Notes: generated by a model not told the origin, from the letters alone. Shown: positions 20,975-30,115, counted from the stretch's first letter. The stretch: 64,000 nt of DNA from Solobacterium sp. UBA3303 (GCA_002362065.1 DESX01000013.1:1567-65566), one strand, 5' to 3'. Made by a program: numbers and translations.

Positions 20975-22393
20975 ATGATTGGAAAACAGACCAAGATCAT
21001 ATGCACACTGGGACCTGCTTCGGACAACTATGACACGATACTGAAGATGGCCCAGGAGGGTATGAATATCGTAAGACTGAATTTCTCCCATGGCAGTCAT
21101 GAAGAACATCTCGCCAGGATCAATACAGTCAGAAAAGTAGAAAAAGAAAACGGGATCAATCTGGGTATCATGCTGGATACCAAAGGACCGGAGATCCGTC
21201 TGGGAACATTCAAGAACGATGTCGAGACTTACCAGAAGGGTGAGATCGTTACGATACAAAGAGAAGATATCGAAGGTACGCACGATCGTTTCACGATACA
21301 GTGCAAGGAGATCTTCGATGACGTCGTACCGGGAAACTACATTTTAGTCAACGACGGCAAGCAGAAACTGACAGTTCTCGAAAACGATGGCAACGAGATC
21401 AAGGCGAGAGTCGAGGTCAATGGCCAGCTCGCTTCCAAGAAGGGCTGCAATGTGCCGGGCGTCAAACTCTCCATGCCGTTCATCTCGATGAAGGATGATG
21501 AAGATATCCGCTTCGGCTGCAACAACGATGTCGATTTCATCGCAGCATCCTTCGTCAGAAGACCGGAAGATGTCCTGAAGATCCGCAAGATCATTACGGA
21601 AATGGGCAAGCCGAAAATTCAGATCATCGCCAAGATCGAAAACCAGGAAGGTTTCGACAACCTCGACGAGATCCTTGAAGTCGCCGACGGCGTCATGGTC
21701 GCAAGAGGTGACCTGGGCGTTGAAGTTGAAACAGCCTTCGTCCCGATCTACCAGAAGAAGATCATCGAACAAGCCAACAAGAAAGGCAAGGCTGTCATCA
21801 CCGCAACACACATGCTCGATTCGATGACATCCAATCCGCGCTGTACAAGAGCGGAAGCATCCGATGTTTCCAACGCCGTACTCGATGGTTCCGATGCGGT
21901 CATGTTATCCGCAGAGACGGCAGCCGGTGAATACCCGGTCGAAGCGGTCTCCACGATGGCCAAGATCGCTGAGGCAACGGAAAAGATCATCCCTTACAGA
22001 GAAAACCTCGAACATGCCAAGATGACCAACAACAAGACGATCCAGGATGCGATCGGTATCGCGATCTCTGATGCAACTCTGACACTTGATATTGCGGCGA
22101 TCGTCGTCTTCACACAGGGCGGCACGACGGCAAGAAGGATATCCAAGTATCGTCCGCCTGTACCAATCTTTGCGGTCACCTTCACCAAGTCGACACAGGG
22201 CAAGCTTGAAGTCTACTGGGGCGTCAAGCCGATCTTCTCCTACGTGCAGAACAATATGACCAACGACGATGAACTCGCTTCTTCCGTCGTCAAATCCTAC
22301 GGCATCAAGCCGGGTTCACAGATCATCCTGTCCGCCGGTTATCCGACAGGCGAGGGTTCTGCCAACTTCATGAAGATCATCACAGTCAAGTAA
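20975..22393 (+). CDS. pyk: Pyruvate kinase
   Basis: TKIICTLGP, RLNFSHG, DTKGPEIR, AKIEN, MVARGDLGVE motifs. Confidence 0.97.
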   Translation: MIGKQTKIICTLGPASDNYDTILKMAQEGMNIVRLNFSHGSHEEHLARINTVRKVEKENGINLGIMLDTKGPEIRLGTFKNDVETYQKGEIVTIQREDIEGTHDRFTIQCKEIFDDVVPGNYILVNDGKQKLTVLENDGNEIKARVEVNGQLASKKGCNVPGVKLSMPFISMKDDEDIRFGCNNDVDFIAASFVRRPEDVLKIRKIITEMGKPKIQIIAKIENQEGFDNLDEILEVADGVMVARGDLGVEVETAFVPIYQKKIIEQANKKGKAVITATHMLDSMTSNPRCTRAEASDVSNAVLDGSDAVMLSAETAAGEYPVEAVSTMAKIAEATEKIIPYRENLEHAKMTNNKTIQDAIGIAISDATLTLDIAAIVVFTQGGTTARRISKYRPPVPIFAVTFTKSTQGKLEVYWGVKPIFSYVQNNMTNDDELASSVVKSYGIKPGSQIILSAGYPTGEGSANFMKIITVK

Positions 22394-22401
22394 TGAAACA
22401 C

Positions 22402-22427
22402 AAAGTCATGTTCACGCATGACTTTTT
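22402..22427 (+). terminator. Intrinsic terminator
   Basis: aaagtcatg-ttcacg-catgactttt. Confidence 0.8.
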
Positions 22428-22510
22428 CTATGCCAAAGTAGGATACCTGTTTTTGTTTATGACAGAGCTATAAGTGTTAAAATGGGGGTGTAAGGAGAGT
22501 CATATATCAT

Positions 22511-23704
22511 ATGAAAATAGGTGTTTATTATGTCGTTTCTTCAACAGCGGCAGCCGAGATCGCCAATTCCGGCAATTTCCCATGGCTGAAAAAACTGTCT
22601 GAAGAAACAGGTTTTGAATTTGAAGTGACAGATGCAGATCATATCAAAGACTACGATATGGCCGTTGAATTCATCGGCGGCGGCGGTACGGAAGGCATCT
22701 TCAAGAGAGATATGGACAAGCTTCCGCAGCCTTACTTCCTTTTGACGACCGGTGCCAACAACTCCCTGGCCGCTTCCATGGAGATCCTCTCTTACCTGAG
22801 ACAGAACGATCTTCCGGGTGAGATCATTCACGGCAGCGATGACTTCGTCGTAAAACGTATCAAGGAGCTCGCTCAGGTATTCAAGGCAAAGAAGAGACTT
22901 GACGGTTTCCGTATCGCGAGAGTCGGACATCCTTCCGACTGGCTGATCTCTTCCGATGTCGATGCGAATGATTCAAAGGAATACAACAACATCGAGATCA
23001 TCGATGTCACGATGGAAGAATTCTTTGAAGAGATCCACAAGAGAGAATACAAGGAAAACGAGTACACCAAGCTCATCAAATCCAAAGGCTATGATGAACA
23101 TGAGATCGAAGAAGCTTTATACATCTACGGTGCTTTAAGAAGGATCGTCGACAAGTATGAACTCAATGGCATCACCGTAAGATGCTTCGACTTGCTTGAT
23201 ACCGTTCATTCCACAGGCTGTGCCGCTCTGGCTATTCTGAATGCGGAAGGCATCTATGCGTCCTGTGAAGGCGATGTGCCGGCCCTCTTATCGATGGCTG
23301 TCATCGGTGAACTTTCCGAAAAGCCGGTCTTCATGGCCAACCCTTCAAGGATCGATACCGACAACAATGAGATCATCTTTGCGCATTGCACACTTCCGAT
23401 CAACATGCCAAGAAGCTTCGAGATCATGACGCACTTCGAGTCGCAGATCGGCGTTGCCTTCCGTGGCAAACTGCAGGAAGGCCCGATCACCGTCTTCAAG
23501 TGCGACGGCATGCTCAACGAATACTTCGTTTCTTCCGGAACACTGTTAGAGAACCTGTCGGAATTCAACCTTTGCCGTACACAGGTCAAGCTGAAACTCG
23601 ACAAGCCTGTCACATACTTCCTGACCGAATCGATCGGCAATCACCACCTGATCGTCGAAGGCGATTACGCAAAGCTTGTTGAAGAATTCTTCAAGTGGCT
23701 GTGA
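22511..23704 (+). CDS. L-fucose/L-arabinose isomerase-like protein
   Basis: ASCEGD, FAHCT, THFES, CRTQ, GNHH motifs. Confidence 0.75.
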   Translation: MKIGVYYVVSSTAAAEIANSGNFPWLKKLSEETGFEFEVTDADHIKDYDMAVEFIGGGGTEGIFKRDMDKLPQPYFLLTTGANNSLAASMEILSYLRQNDLPGEIIHGSDDFVVKRIKELAQVFKAKKRLDGFRIARVGHPSDWLISSDVDANDSKEYNNIEIIDVTMEEFFEEIHKREYKENEYTKLIKSKGYDEHEIEEALYIYGALRRIVDKYELNGITVRCFDLLDTVHSTGCAALAILNAEGIYASCEGDVPALLSMAVIGELSEKPVFMANPSRIDTDNNEIIFAHCTLPINMPRSFEIMTHFESQIGVAFRGKLQEGPITVFKCDGMLNEYFVSSGTLLENLSEFNLCRTQVKLKLDKPVTYFLTESIGNHHLIVEGDYAKLVEEFFKWL

Positions 23705-23705
23705 T

Positions 23706-24143
23706 ATGAGCAACGAAGAACTCATTGCTCTGGCTTTTGAGGCCAGAGAAAAAGCCTACGCTCCATATTCCAACTGGAAGGTCGGAGCTGCCCTGTTAAC
23801 AAAAGACGGCAGGGTCTATAAGGGCTGCAACATTGAAAACAGCGGTTTTTCCGCAACGGTCTGTGCAGAACGCACGGCCTTCTTCAAGGCAATTTCAGAA
23901 GGCGTTTACGATTTTGAAAAGATCGCGATCGTCGGCGGAGATGCGAAGAGGGGGTCGGAAGGTTATTGCACACCATGCGGCGTCTGCAGACAGGTGATGT
24001 CCGAATTCTGCAGGCCGGATGAATTTAAGATCATCTGCGCAAAGTCGGTGAATGAGTATCATGAGTTCACCCTGCGTGAAATGCTTCCGGAATGCAACTA
24101 CATCACGGAAGCCAATGACGGCTACGGCTTCAAGGCCAGCTAA
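23706..24143 (+). CDS. cdd: Cytidine deaminase (tetrameric type)
   Basis: AYAPYS, GCNIEN, CAERTA, PCGVCRQ; start ATG 23706. Confidence 0.95.
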   Translation: MSNEELIALAFEAREKAYAPYSNWKVGAALLTKDGRVYKGCNIENSGFSATVCAERTAFFKAISEGVYDFEKIAIVGGDAKRGSEGYCTPCGVCRQVMSEFCRPDEFKIICAKSVNEYHEFTLREMLPECNYITEANDGYGFKAS

Positions 24144-24150
24144 ACGAAAG

Positions 24151-24187
24151 AAAAGGCCATATCGTGCGATATGACCTTTTTTCTTTC
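24151..24187. terminator. Bidirectional terminator
   Basis: aaaaggccatatc-gtgc-gatatgacctttt. Confidence 0.8.
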
Positions 24188-25169
24188 AGAATTCTTTGAG
24201 CTGTTTCAGCAGGATCTCGTGCACCTTGATCGGATCCATGTGGTAGATGATCTCCGTATCGGCAGTATTTTCAAACATGCCTCTTCGGTCGACCACCATC
24301 TGTCCGTCCGCCATACCGCCGGAGATGTCGATATTGACGATCTCCTTTTTCTTTTCAAGTACGGCTGTCTCATCGATCAGAGGAATGACCGACGCGAAAT
24401 CGTAGATGCAGCAGTCATTCAATCCCCCGCCAAAGAGGTAATCACAGCGTTCGATATAGCCATGAAGCTCTTCATACAGGAAATCGGCGATCGGTGTATT
24501 CAAAGCCTTGATCTCTTCGAGATCTTTGATCGTATAGGTCGCACCTTCTTCGCAGGCTTCGATCGGACAGACAAGGCAGTGTGCACCGCTGTTTAAGACG
24601 ATCTGGGCAGCTTCCGGATCATCGTAGAAGTTGGCTTCTGCGACCGGAGTGCGGTTTCCAATGTATAAACCGCCGCCCATGATGTAGATCGTGCCGATTT
24701 TGTCGATGATCTCAGGATCGAGCCTTAAGGCCATGGCGATATTGGTCAAAGGACCAACAGCGCAGATGTCGATCTTTTCCTTTGAATTTTTAAGCGTTTC
24801 GATGATGTAAGTGCAGGCGTGCTTGTCTTCGACTTTCCTGTCAGGCATTGGCAAATCAAAATCCGGATCATGGATGAGGACCGGCTTTCCGTCTCTTTCC
24901 TTATAAATGGTCTGGATCAGTGTATTCTTTTCTCTTCCCTTGAAGAGGTCTCTGACCATCGGGCTGCTGCAGCCTTTATAGACCGGGATGTCCTTGTGAC
25001 AGAGATTTGAGACTTTCAAAGCATTCTTCACGACAGCATCCGCCGGGATGTTTCCTTTGACGCAGGTGATGGCGATCACTTCAAGCTCCTTGTTTGTCAG
25101 TAAGGCGATCAGAGCCACCGCATCATCACAGCCGATATCACAGTCAAAAATGATCTTATTGTGTTTCAT
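24186..25169 (-). CDS. Nucleoside hydrolase (IU-NH family)
   Basis: DCDIGCDDA, GPLTN, MGG, AEANFYDDPEAA. SD gagg and extended -10 TGtTATACT upstream of ATG 25169. Confidence 0.92.
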   Translation of the reverse strand: MKHNKIIFDCDIGCDDAVALIALLTNKELEVIAITCVKGNIPADAVVKNALKVSNLCHKDIPVYKGCSSPMVRDLFKGREKNTLIQTIYKERDGKPVLIHDPDFDLPMPDRKVEDKHACTYIIETLKNSKEKIDICAVGPLTNIAMALRLDPEIIDKIGTIYIMGGGLYIGNRTPVAEANFYDDPEAAQIVLNSGAHCLVCPIEACEEGATYTIKDLEEIKALNTPIADFLYEELHGYIERCDYLFGGGLNDCCIYDFASVIPLIDETAVLEKKKEIVNIDISGGMADGQMVVDRRGMFENTADTEIIYHMDPIKVHEILLKQLKEF

Positions 25170-25234
25170 CTTGTTTACCTCGATTTCAGTATAACAGATT
25201 ATTGACGGGTCCTTTTTGTCATGATAAATTGAAA

Positions 25235-25263
25235 TTGTAAAGTTGCTTCTGTAGAAGTATAAG
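25235..25263 (+). promoter_or_regulatory. Sigma70-type promoter of the deaminase-phosphorylase operon
   Basis: TTGTAA-17 nt-TATAAG. Confidence 0.55.
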
Positions 25264-25297
25264 AGTGAATGAAGATTCATATCAACGAAGTTAGTTG

Positions 25298-25330
25298 GCC
25301 GGCTTTCAAAAAAGCTGGCTTATTTTCTCT
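25298..25330 (+). terminator. Leader terminator / attenuator hairpin
   Basis: gccggcttt-caaa-aaagctggc followed by ttattttctct, between the promoter and the first gene. Confidence 0.55.
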
Positions 25331-25351
25331 ATAGGAACTCAAGGAGCTTAT

Positions 25352-25459
25352 ATGAAAGACAATTTCAGGCTGAGCCTGTGGAAATGCCGCAGCGTTAAGA
25401 AGAATCTTCGGATGGAAGATCATCTTTTGTCATGCAAAGGGAGGAGTATTTATGAGTGA
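25352..25459 (+). CDS. Putative 35-aa upstream ORF (MKDNFRLSLWKCRSVKKNLRMEDHLLSCKGRSIYE)
   Basis: SD aaggag 5 nt upstream; its last codons overlap the ATG of the amidohydrolase. Confidence 0.35.
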   Translation: MKDNFRLSLWKCRSVKKNLRMEDHLLSCKGRSIYE

Positions 25460-26789
25460 ATTTCTGATCAGGAATGCCGATGTGGCAGATCTAGAGGATC
25501 TGCGTACGGCGACGAAGGACATTTTGATCAAAGACGGACGCTTTGAAAAGATCGCCGATGTCATCGACCCTAACATGCATCCGGATGCGAGGGTCATCGA
25601 TGCCGGAAACAAGCTGGCGCTGCCGGGCTTTACGGACTGTCATTCCCATGTCTACCAGACCTTCATCAAGGGGCCGCTGGACGATCTTGTGATCACGGAG
25701 TGGCTCGTAAGGCTCTTCCGCTTTGAAGACGAAATGACCGATGAAGACTACTATTATGCAACGCTTCTTTCCTGTCTGAGTGCGATGCGTTTCGGTACGA
25801 CCACCATCAATGAGATGGGCGGCTACGAACATATGGATGCAGGTCTGCAGGCTTTTGAAGATGCCGGGATCCGCGTGACCTATGGCATCTCCACGACCGA
25901 TATCCCGGAAAACGAAGTGACGCCGATCATTTCCGTTGAAGAAGCGATTCGAAGAAGTGAGGAAGTCTATGCCAAGGCTCATGGAAGAAACCATGGTTTA
26001 ATGAGGGCTTCCGTTGCCCCGGCCGGATTACCGGCAGTGTCGGGTGAGATGGCAAAGGCGTTGAAGGCCTGGGCAAATGAGAGGGGGCTCATCTATCACA
26101 CCCATCTTGGCGAAGGAAAGATGGAGACCGAAAATGTGGCAAGGGCCTATGGCTTAAACGGCGAAGCCGAAGCTTTGCAGTACCTTGGAATCCTTGATAA
26201 CAAGACCCTTCTGGCCCATTCGATCTGGCTGAGCGATCATGAACTTGAGATCATCAAAGACAGTGGCGCAATACCGGTCCATTGTCCAAACACCAATATG
26301 AAGATCTCGGATGGCATCCCGAAGATCGCACAGATGCTAAAACTCGGCATCCCGGTCGCGATGGGCTGTGATGGCGAAGCATCCAGCGGCACCAAGGACA
26401 TGATCCGGGAAGGCAAGGCCGGCTCCTACCTGCAAAAGGCGGTGACTCTCGATCCGACCGTCATGGATGCGGCAACGACCTTCAAGATGATGACCGTCAA
26501 TGGCGCAAGAGCTCTGGGTTATGACGATCTCGGTGAGATCAAAGAAGGAAACCGGGCGGATCTGATCTTAGTCAACATGGAAGATGATCTTTCTTTGACC
26601 GATAGAGATCACAGGATCGGCAATCTTTTATATGCCGGTACCGGCCATGCCGTCGATACGGTCTTCGTTGAAGGAGAATTGAAACTGAAGGATAAACGTC
26701 TGCAGGGGTTTGATGAAGAAGAGATCATAAAAAAATGCAATGACCTGATCCACAAACTCAATGTGCGCACAGGCTATGTGAAGGAGTAA
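25452..26789 (+). CDS. Amidohydrolase-superfamily nucleoside/nucleobase deaminase (MtaD/SsnA-like)
   Basis: PGFTDCHSH (HxH), HTHLGE (HxxE), LAHSIW, HCP, GCDG metal ligands. Confidence 0.88.
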   Translation: MSEFLIRNADVADLEDLRTATKDILIKDGRFEKIADVIDPNMHPDARVIDAGNKLALPGFTDCHSHVYQTFIKGPLDDLVITEWLVRLFRFEDEMTDEDYYYATLLSCLSAMRFGTTTINEMGGYEHMDAGLQAFEDAGIRVTYGISTTDIPENEVTPIISVEEAIRRSEEVYAKAHGRNHGLMRASVAPAGLPAVSGEMAKALKAWANERGLIYHTHLGEGKMETENVARAYGLNGEAEALQYLGILDNKTLLAHSIWLSDHELEIIKDSGAIPVHCPNTNMKISDGIPKIAQMLKLGIPVAMGCDGEASSGTKDMIREGKAGSYLQKAVTLDPTVMDAATTFKMMTVNGARALGYDDLGEIKEGNRADLILVNMEDDLSLTDRDHRIGNLLYAGTGHAVDTVFVEGELKLKDKRLQGFDEEEIIKKCNDLIHKLNVRTGYVKE

Positions 26790-26791
26790 AT

Positions 26792-27625
26792 ATGAACGTC
26801 AGAGAAACAAAATATCTCGATTCCAAGGGAAGACTTTACTTTACCGGTTTAAAGGAAGGCGACATCGCCGAAACGGTGCTGATGCCGGGTGACCTGGCCC
26901 GTTCCAAGGTCATTGCCGGCTGTTTCAAGGATGCCCGTTTTATCAATGGTCAAAGGACCTACTACACCTATACGGGAAAGACACCGAATGATGTGCCGAT
27001 CTCTGTCGTTTCTTCCGGCATGGGACCTCTGGCGGTCTCGACGGTCGCGGAAGAGTGTGCACAGATCGGCATGAAGAACCTGATCCGGGTCGGAACAGGT
27101 GCGGCATTATTGACCGACTACAAGCCGGGCAGGATCATCATTGCCACAGGCTGTGTTCGAGGAGATGGCAATTCCTATGAATACGTGCCTGCCGAATATC
27201 CGGCGATCGCTGACCCGTATGTGACGATGGCCTTGATCAAGGCGGCAAAGGAATTCGGTGAAGATCCGATCGTCGGCTTGTACAGAGCTCACGATTCCTA
27301 TTACCGGGAAACGAGCACTGCCATGATCGATACCTATGAGCGGATGAAACCGTGGGTCGATGCCGGAGTCAAGATGGTCGAAAACGAATCGGCGACTCTG
27401 TTTACCGTCGGTCCGCAGCTGGGCCTTCGCTGCGGTTCGATCTGCGTATCCCACACCTCCATGGTCGAAGATACGATCTACTACACCGGACCGAAATCAG
27501 AGGAAGCTTATCCGGAAGCCTTTGAAGATGACTTCATGGACAAGCGCATCCTTGTATGTTCAAAGATCGCGATCCGGGCAGCTGAGATCATTGATGAAAT
27601 GGAAAAGAAAGGAGTCATACGATGA
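26792..27625 (+). CDS. Nucleoside phosphorylase (Udp-like, PNP_UDP_1) paralog 1
   Basis: PGD, SGMG, RVGT, VRGDG, YPAIAD, ENESA motifs. Confidence 0.85.
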   Translation: MNVRETKYLDSKGRLYFTGLKEGDIAETVLMPGDLARSKVIAGCFKDARFINGQRTYYTYTGKTPNDVPISVVSSGMGPLAVSTVAEECAQIGMKNLIRVGTGAALLTDYKPGRIIIATGCVRGDGNSYEYVPAEYPAIADPYVTMALIKAAKEFGEDPIVGLYRAHDSYYRETSTAMIDTYERMKPWVDAGVKMVENESATLFTVGPQLGLRCGSICVSHTSMVEDTIYYTGPKSEEAYPEAFEDDFMDKRILVCSKIAIRAAEIIDEMEKKGVIR

Positions 27626-28428
27626 TGAACGACAAGATCAAGAATGGCTTTGATTCTATACCACAGCTTGAAAAAGACGGTACGGTCCATCATCTTGGCA
27701 TCGATCATTCGATGATCGGTGATGGCGTGATATTAACTTCCAACCTGGAACGCGTCGAAGTGATCAAGGACCGCTTCAAGGATGCAAAAAGGATGGCTTT
27801 TCATCGCGAATACATCACTTATACCGGAGAATACAATGGCACAAGGATGTCGGCCATGTCGATCGGCAATGGCTGCATGCCCACAGAGATCGCCGTCGAA
27901 GAGTTGAGACACATCGGCTGCAATCGCATGATCAAGGTGGGATCCTGCTACGCGATCGATCCGGATATAAAACCGGGAACGATCTTTGTCCCGCAGGGAG
28001 CCTGCCGCTGCGAAGGGGCGACACTGGAATACGTCAATATACAATACCCGGCAGTTTCCGATCTTGACAGCTTCTTTGCGATCCTGCAGAGTGCGAAAGA
28101 ACTGGGGAAGGATGTGACGACCGGTATCATTCGCACACATGATGCATTGTTCCTGGAGTCTCCGTTTGCCCATGAGGGCGTTAAGGAAAGGATCGCGCCA
28201 TGGCAAAAGGTCGGTGTGTCCTGCGTGGATAACGAGTGTGCGACGATGTTTACGGTCGCTTCGATCCTGCAGATGCAGGCGGGCTGCATCTATGTGGTCA
28301 CGGACAACCTGGCGACAGGCGAAGCGATGGACTACGAAAAGGACTATGGACCAAAGATGGATGAGGTCATCGATATCGCGGTCCTGGCCATGTCGAAACT
28401 GATCAAAGGGGAAGAATATGAAATATAG
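27622..28428 (+). CDS. Nucleoside phosphorylase (Udp-like) paralog 2, degenerate phosphate-site motifs
   Basis: HHLGI, HREY, AVEEL, YPAVSD, DNECA; PGD is replaced by TSN. Confidence 0.82.
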   Translation: MMNDKIKNGFDSIPQLEKDGTVHHLGIDHSMIGDGVILTSNLERVEVIKDRFKDAKRMAFHREYITYTGEYNGTRMSAMSIGNGCMPTEIAVEELRHIGCNRMIKVGSCYAIDPDIKPGTIFVPQGACRCEGATLEYVNIQYPAVSDLDSFFAILQSAKELGKDVTTGIIRTHDALFLESPFAHEGVKERIAPWQKVGVSCVDNECATMFTVASILQMQAGCIYVVTDNLATGEAMDYEKDYGPKMDEVIDIAVLAMSKLIKGEEYEI

Positions 28429-29227
28429 ATCAGTGAAGCTGACCAATGAGAACGGCAAGATGTGGCATATCGGCCTCGATGAACATGACTGCGGAAAACA
28501 CTTCATCCTGCCTGCCGATCCGGCCAGATGCGAGATGGTCGCAAAGCATTTTGAAAACGGAAAGCTCATGGCCGTTTCCAGAGGCAATCCGACCTACACC
28601 GGAACCTATCACGATATCCCGGTTTCGGTCATGTGCACCGGCATGGGTGCAATGGCGGTCTCGGTGGCCGTCGAGGAGCTCAAACATCTTGGCGTGAAAA
28701 CGATGATCCGTATGGGTACCTGCGGATCCTTGCAGCCATCACTTCCGGAAAACTGCTTTGTCATAGCGACCGGCGCGGTGCGCGGTGAAGGCGCATCAAA
28801 AGAATACATTCCACTTGAATATCCGGCCATTGCCGATGTCGATGTGGTCTGTGCCTTACGCAAGGCGTGCGAAGAATACGGCGTCAAGCCATACCTTGGC
28901 ATCATCCGCAGCCACGATTCCTTTTACATTGAATCGCCAGGTGCCCATGAAGGCTATATGGAAAGGATCCGGCCATGGACCGATGCCGGTGTTCTGGCAG
29001 TGGAAAATGAATCCGCAGCCCTGTTTACGGTCTCCTCATTGCTGGGCGGTATCCGCTCGGGTACGATCCTTTTGTGCGGCGGCTGGCTTGGTGAGAATCA
29101 TGGAACCATGTCGACATCCAACAAAGAGGATTATGCGCAAAAAGTCGATCTGATGACAAAGATCACTTTACGGGCGATCGAGATCATCGATGGGCTGGAT
29201 GATCTTGAAGATATCAGGGAAGACTAG
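28418..29227 (+). CDS. Nucleoside phosphorylase (Udp-like) paralog 3
   Basis: WHIGL, PADPAR, TGMG, AVEEL, RMGTCG, YPAIAD, ENESA motifs. Confidence 0.85.
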   Translation: MKYRSVKLTNENGKMWHIGLDEHDCGKHFILPADPARCEMVAKHFENGKLMAVSRGNPTYTGTYHDIPVSVMCTGMGAMAVSVAVEELKHLGVKTMIRMGTCGSLQPSLPENCFVIATGAVRGEGASKEYIPLEYPAIADVDVVCALRKACEEYGVKPYLGIIRSHDSFYIESPGAHEGYMERIRPWTDAGVLAVENESAALFTVSSLLGGIRSGTILLCGGWLGENHGTMSTSNKEDYAQKVDLMTKITLRAIEIIDGLDDLEDIRED

Positions 29228-29869
29228 ATGAAACACCTGGATCTGAAAGCGTTCTGTATCCGCTTTGCGATCAGCTTTCTTTCTTCATTGATCTCAAGTT
29301 TCGGTATCGGCTGTTACTACAACTGCGGTTTCGGGACCGATCCGATCACGATCTTTGTCGATGGCTTACATGGCCACTACGGATTAAGCTATGGGACGAT
29401 CTCCACATTCTGCAACATCATACAGACCATACTGATCTTTATGTTCATACGAAAATACCTGGGTCCGGGCACTCTGCTGGGCGTCTTGACGGGCGGGCCG
29501 TTCATCGATCTGTTTGAAGGGATGATGCGAAACCTGTTTCCTGCCGATACGACAGCTTTAACTGTCAGGATCGTCATCCTGTTCGTCGGACTGGTAACGA
29601 CCGGTATTGGCTACGGCATGGGGATTGCGGCAGAGATGGGTGTTGGCTGTTTTCAGTTTCTGCCCTTGTTTCTGAGTGAAAAGACGCCGCTGGAATTAAA
29701 GTACACGCAGGTCATCACGGACGCTTTGTTTTTCCTTGCCGGTTATCTGCTGGGCGGGGTGATCGGCATCGGTTCGATCGTTTCAGTCCTGTTTACAGGC
29801 TATTTCCTGGACATCGGCTTGAAGCTGACCTATGGGATGACAAAGGATGTCGGACCGTGGTATAAATGA
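29228..29869 (+). CDS. YczE/YyaS/YitT family membrane protein
   Basis: GFGTDP, LSYGT, LGPGT, GVIGIGS repeats; about 6 TM segments. Confidence 0.8.
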   Translation: MKHLDLKAFCIRFAISFLSSLISSFGIGCYYNCGFGTDPITIFVDGLHGHYGLSYGTISTFCNIIQTILIFMFIRKYLGPGTLLGVLTGGPFIDLFEGMMRNLFPADTTALTVRIVILFVGLVTTGIGYGMGIAAEMGVGCFQFLPLFLSEKTPLELKYTQVITDALFFLAGYLLGGVIGIGSIVSVLFTGYFLDIGLKLTYGMTKDVGPWYK

Positions 29870-29872
29870 ACG

Positions 29873-30115
29873 TTCTGTGCATGATTCCGGATACCCGTCC
29901 TTGAATTTTGCCATACGGGATCCGCACTTAAAGAAAAACACAGTAAGAACTCCCCATGTTCTGACTGCTTTGTTTCCAGTATGAGCCGACGCATGTATAT
30001 CCGGCCGGTTTATATGGAAGAAACAGCGGAAAGCTTATGGGGAGTTTGTCTTGTATCTGTTTCTTTGACTGCAGCTCATTTCACAGGCACCTTGGAAGAT
30101 GCCTGTTTTATTTTT
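29873..30115 (+). ncRNA. Candidate structured non-coding RNA (unassigned family)
   Basis: Hairpin 29888-29924, ~137-nt imperfect rod 29930-30066 with G-U pairs on the + strand, terminator 30083-30115, promoter-like ATGACA-18-TATAAA upstream. Confidence 0.5.
30083..30115 (+). terminator. Intrinsic terminator
   Basis: acaggca-ccttggaaga-tgcctgt followed by tttattttt. Confidence 0.8.

Noticed and set aside
25170..25280. N-terminal extension of the nucleoside hydrolase
   Set aside because: The region holds the SD and -10 for ATG 25169 plus the divergent promoter.
27733..28587. 284-aa antisense ORF (and many similar antisense/shadow ORFs across the window)
   Set aside because: Opposite well-supported genes with no recognisable motifs; explained by codon bias giving few stops on the reverse strand.
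29873..30115. Assignment as SRP RNA, T-box, purine riboswitch or retron msr-msd
   Set aside because: Lacks the SRP helix-8 consensus, the T-box UGGNACC and the purine aptamer core; no reverse transcriptase nearby.
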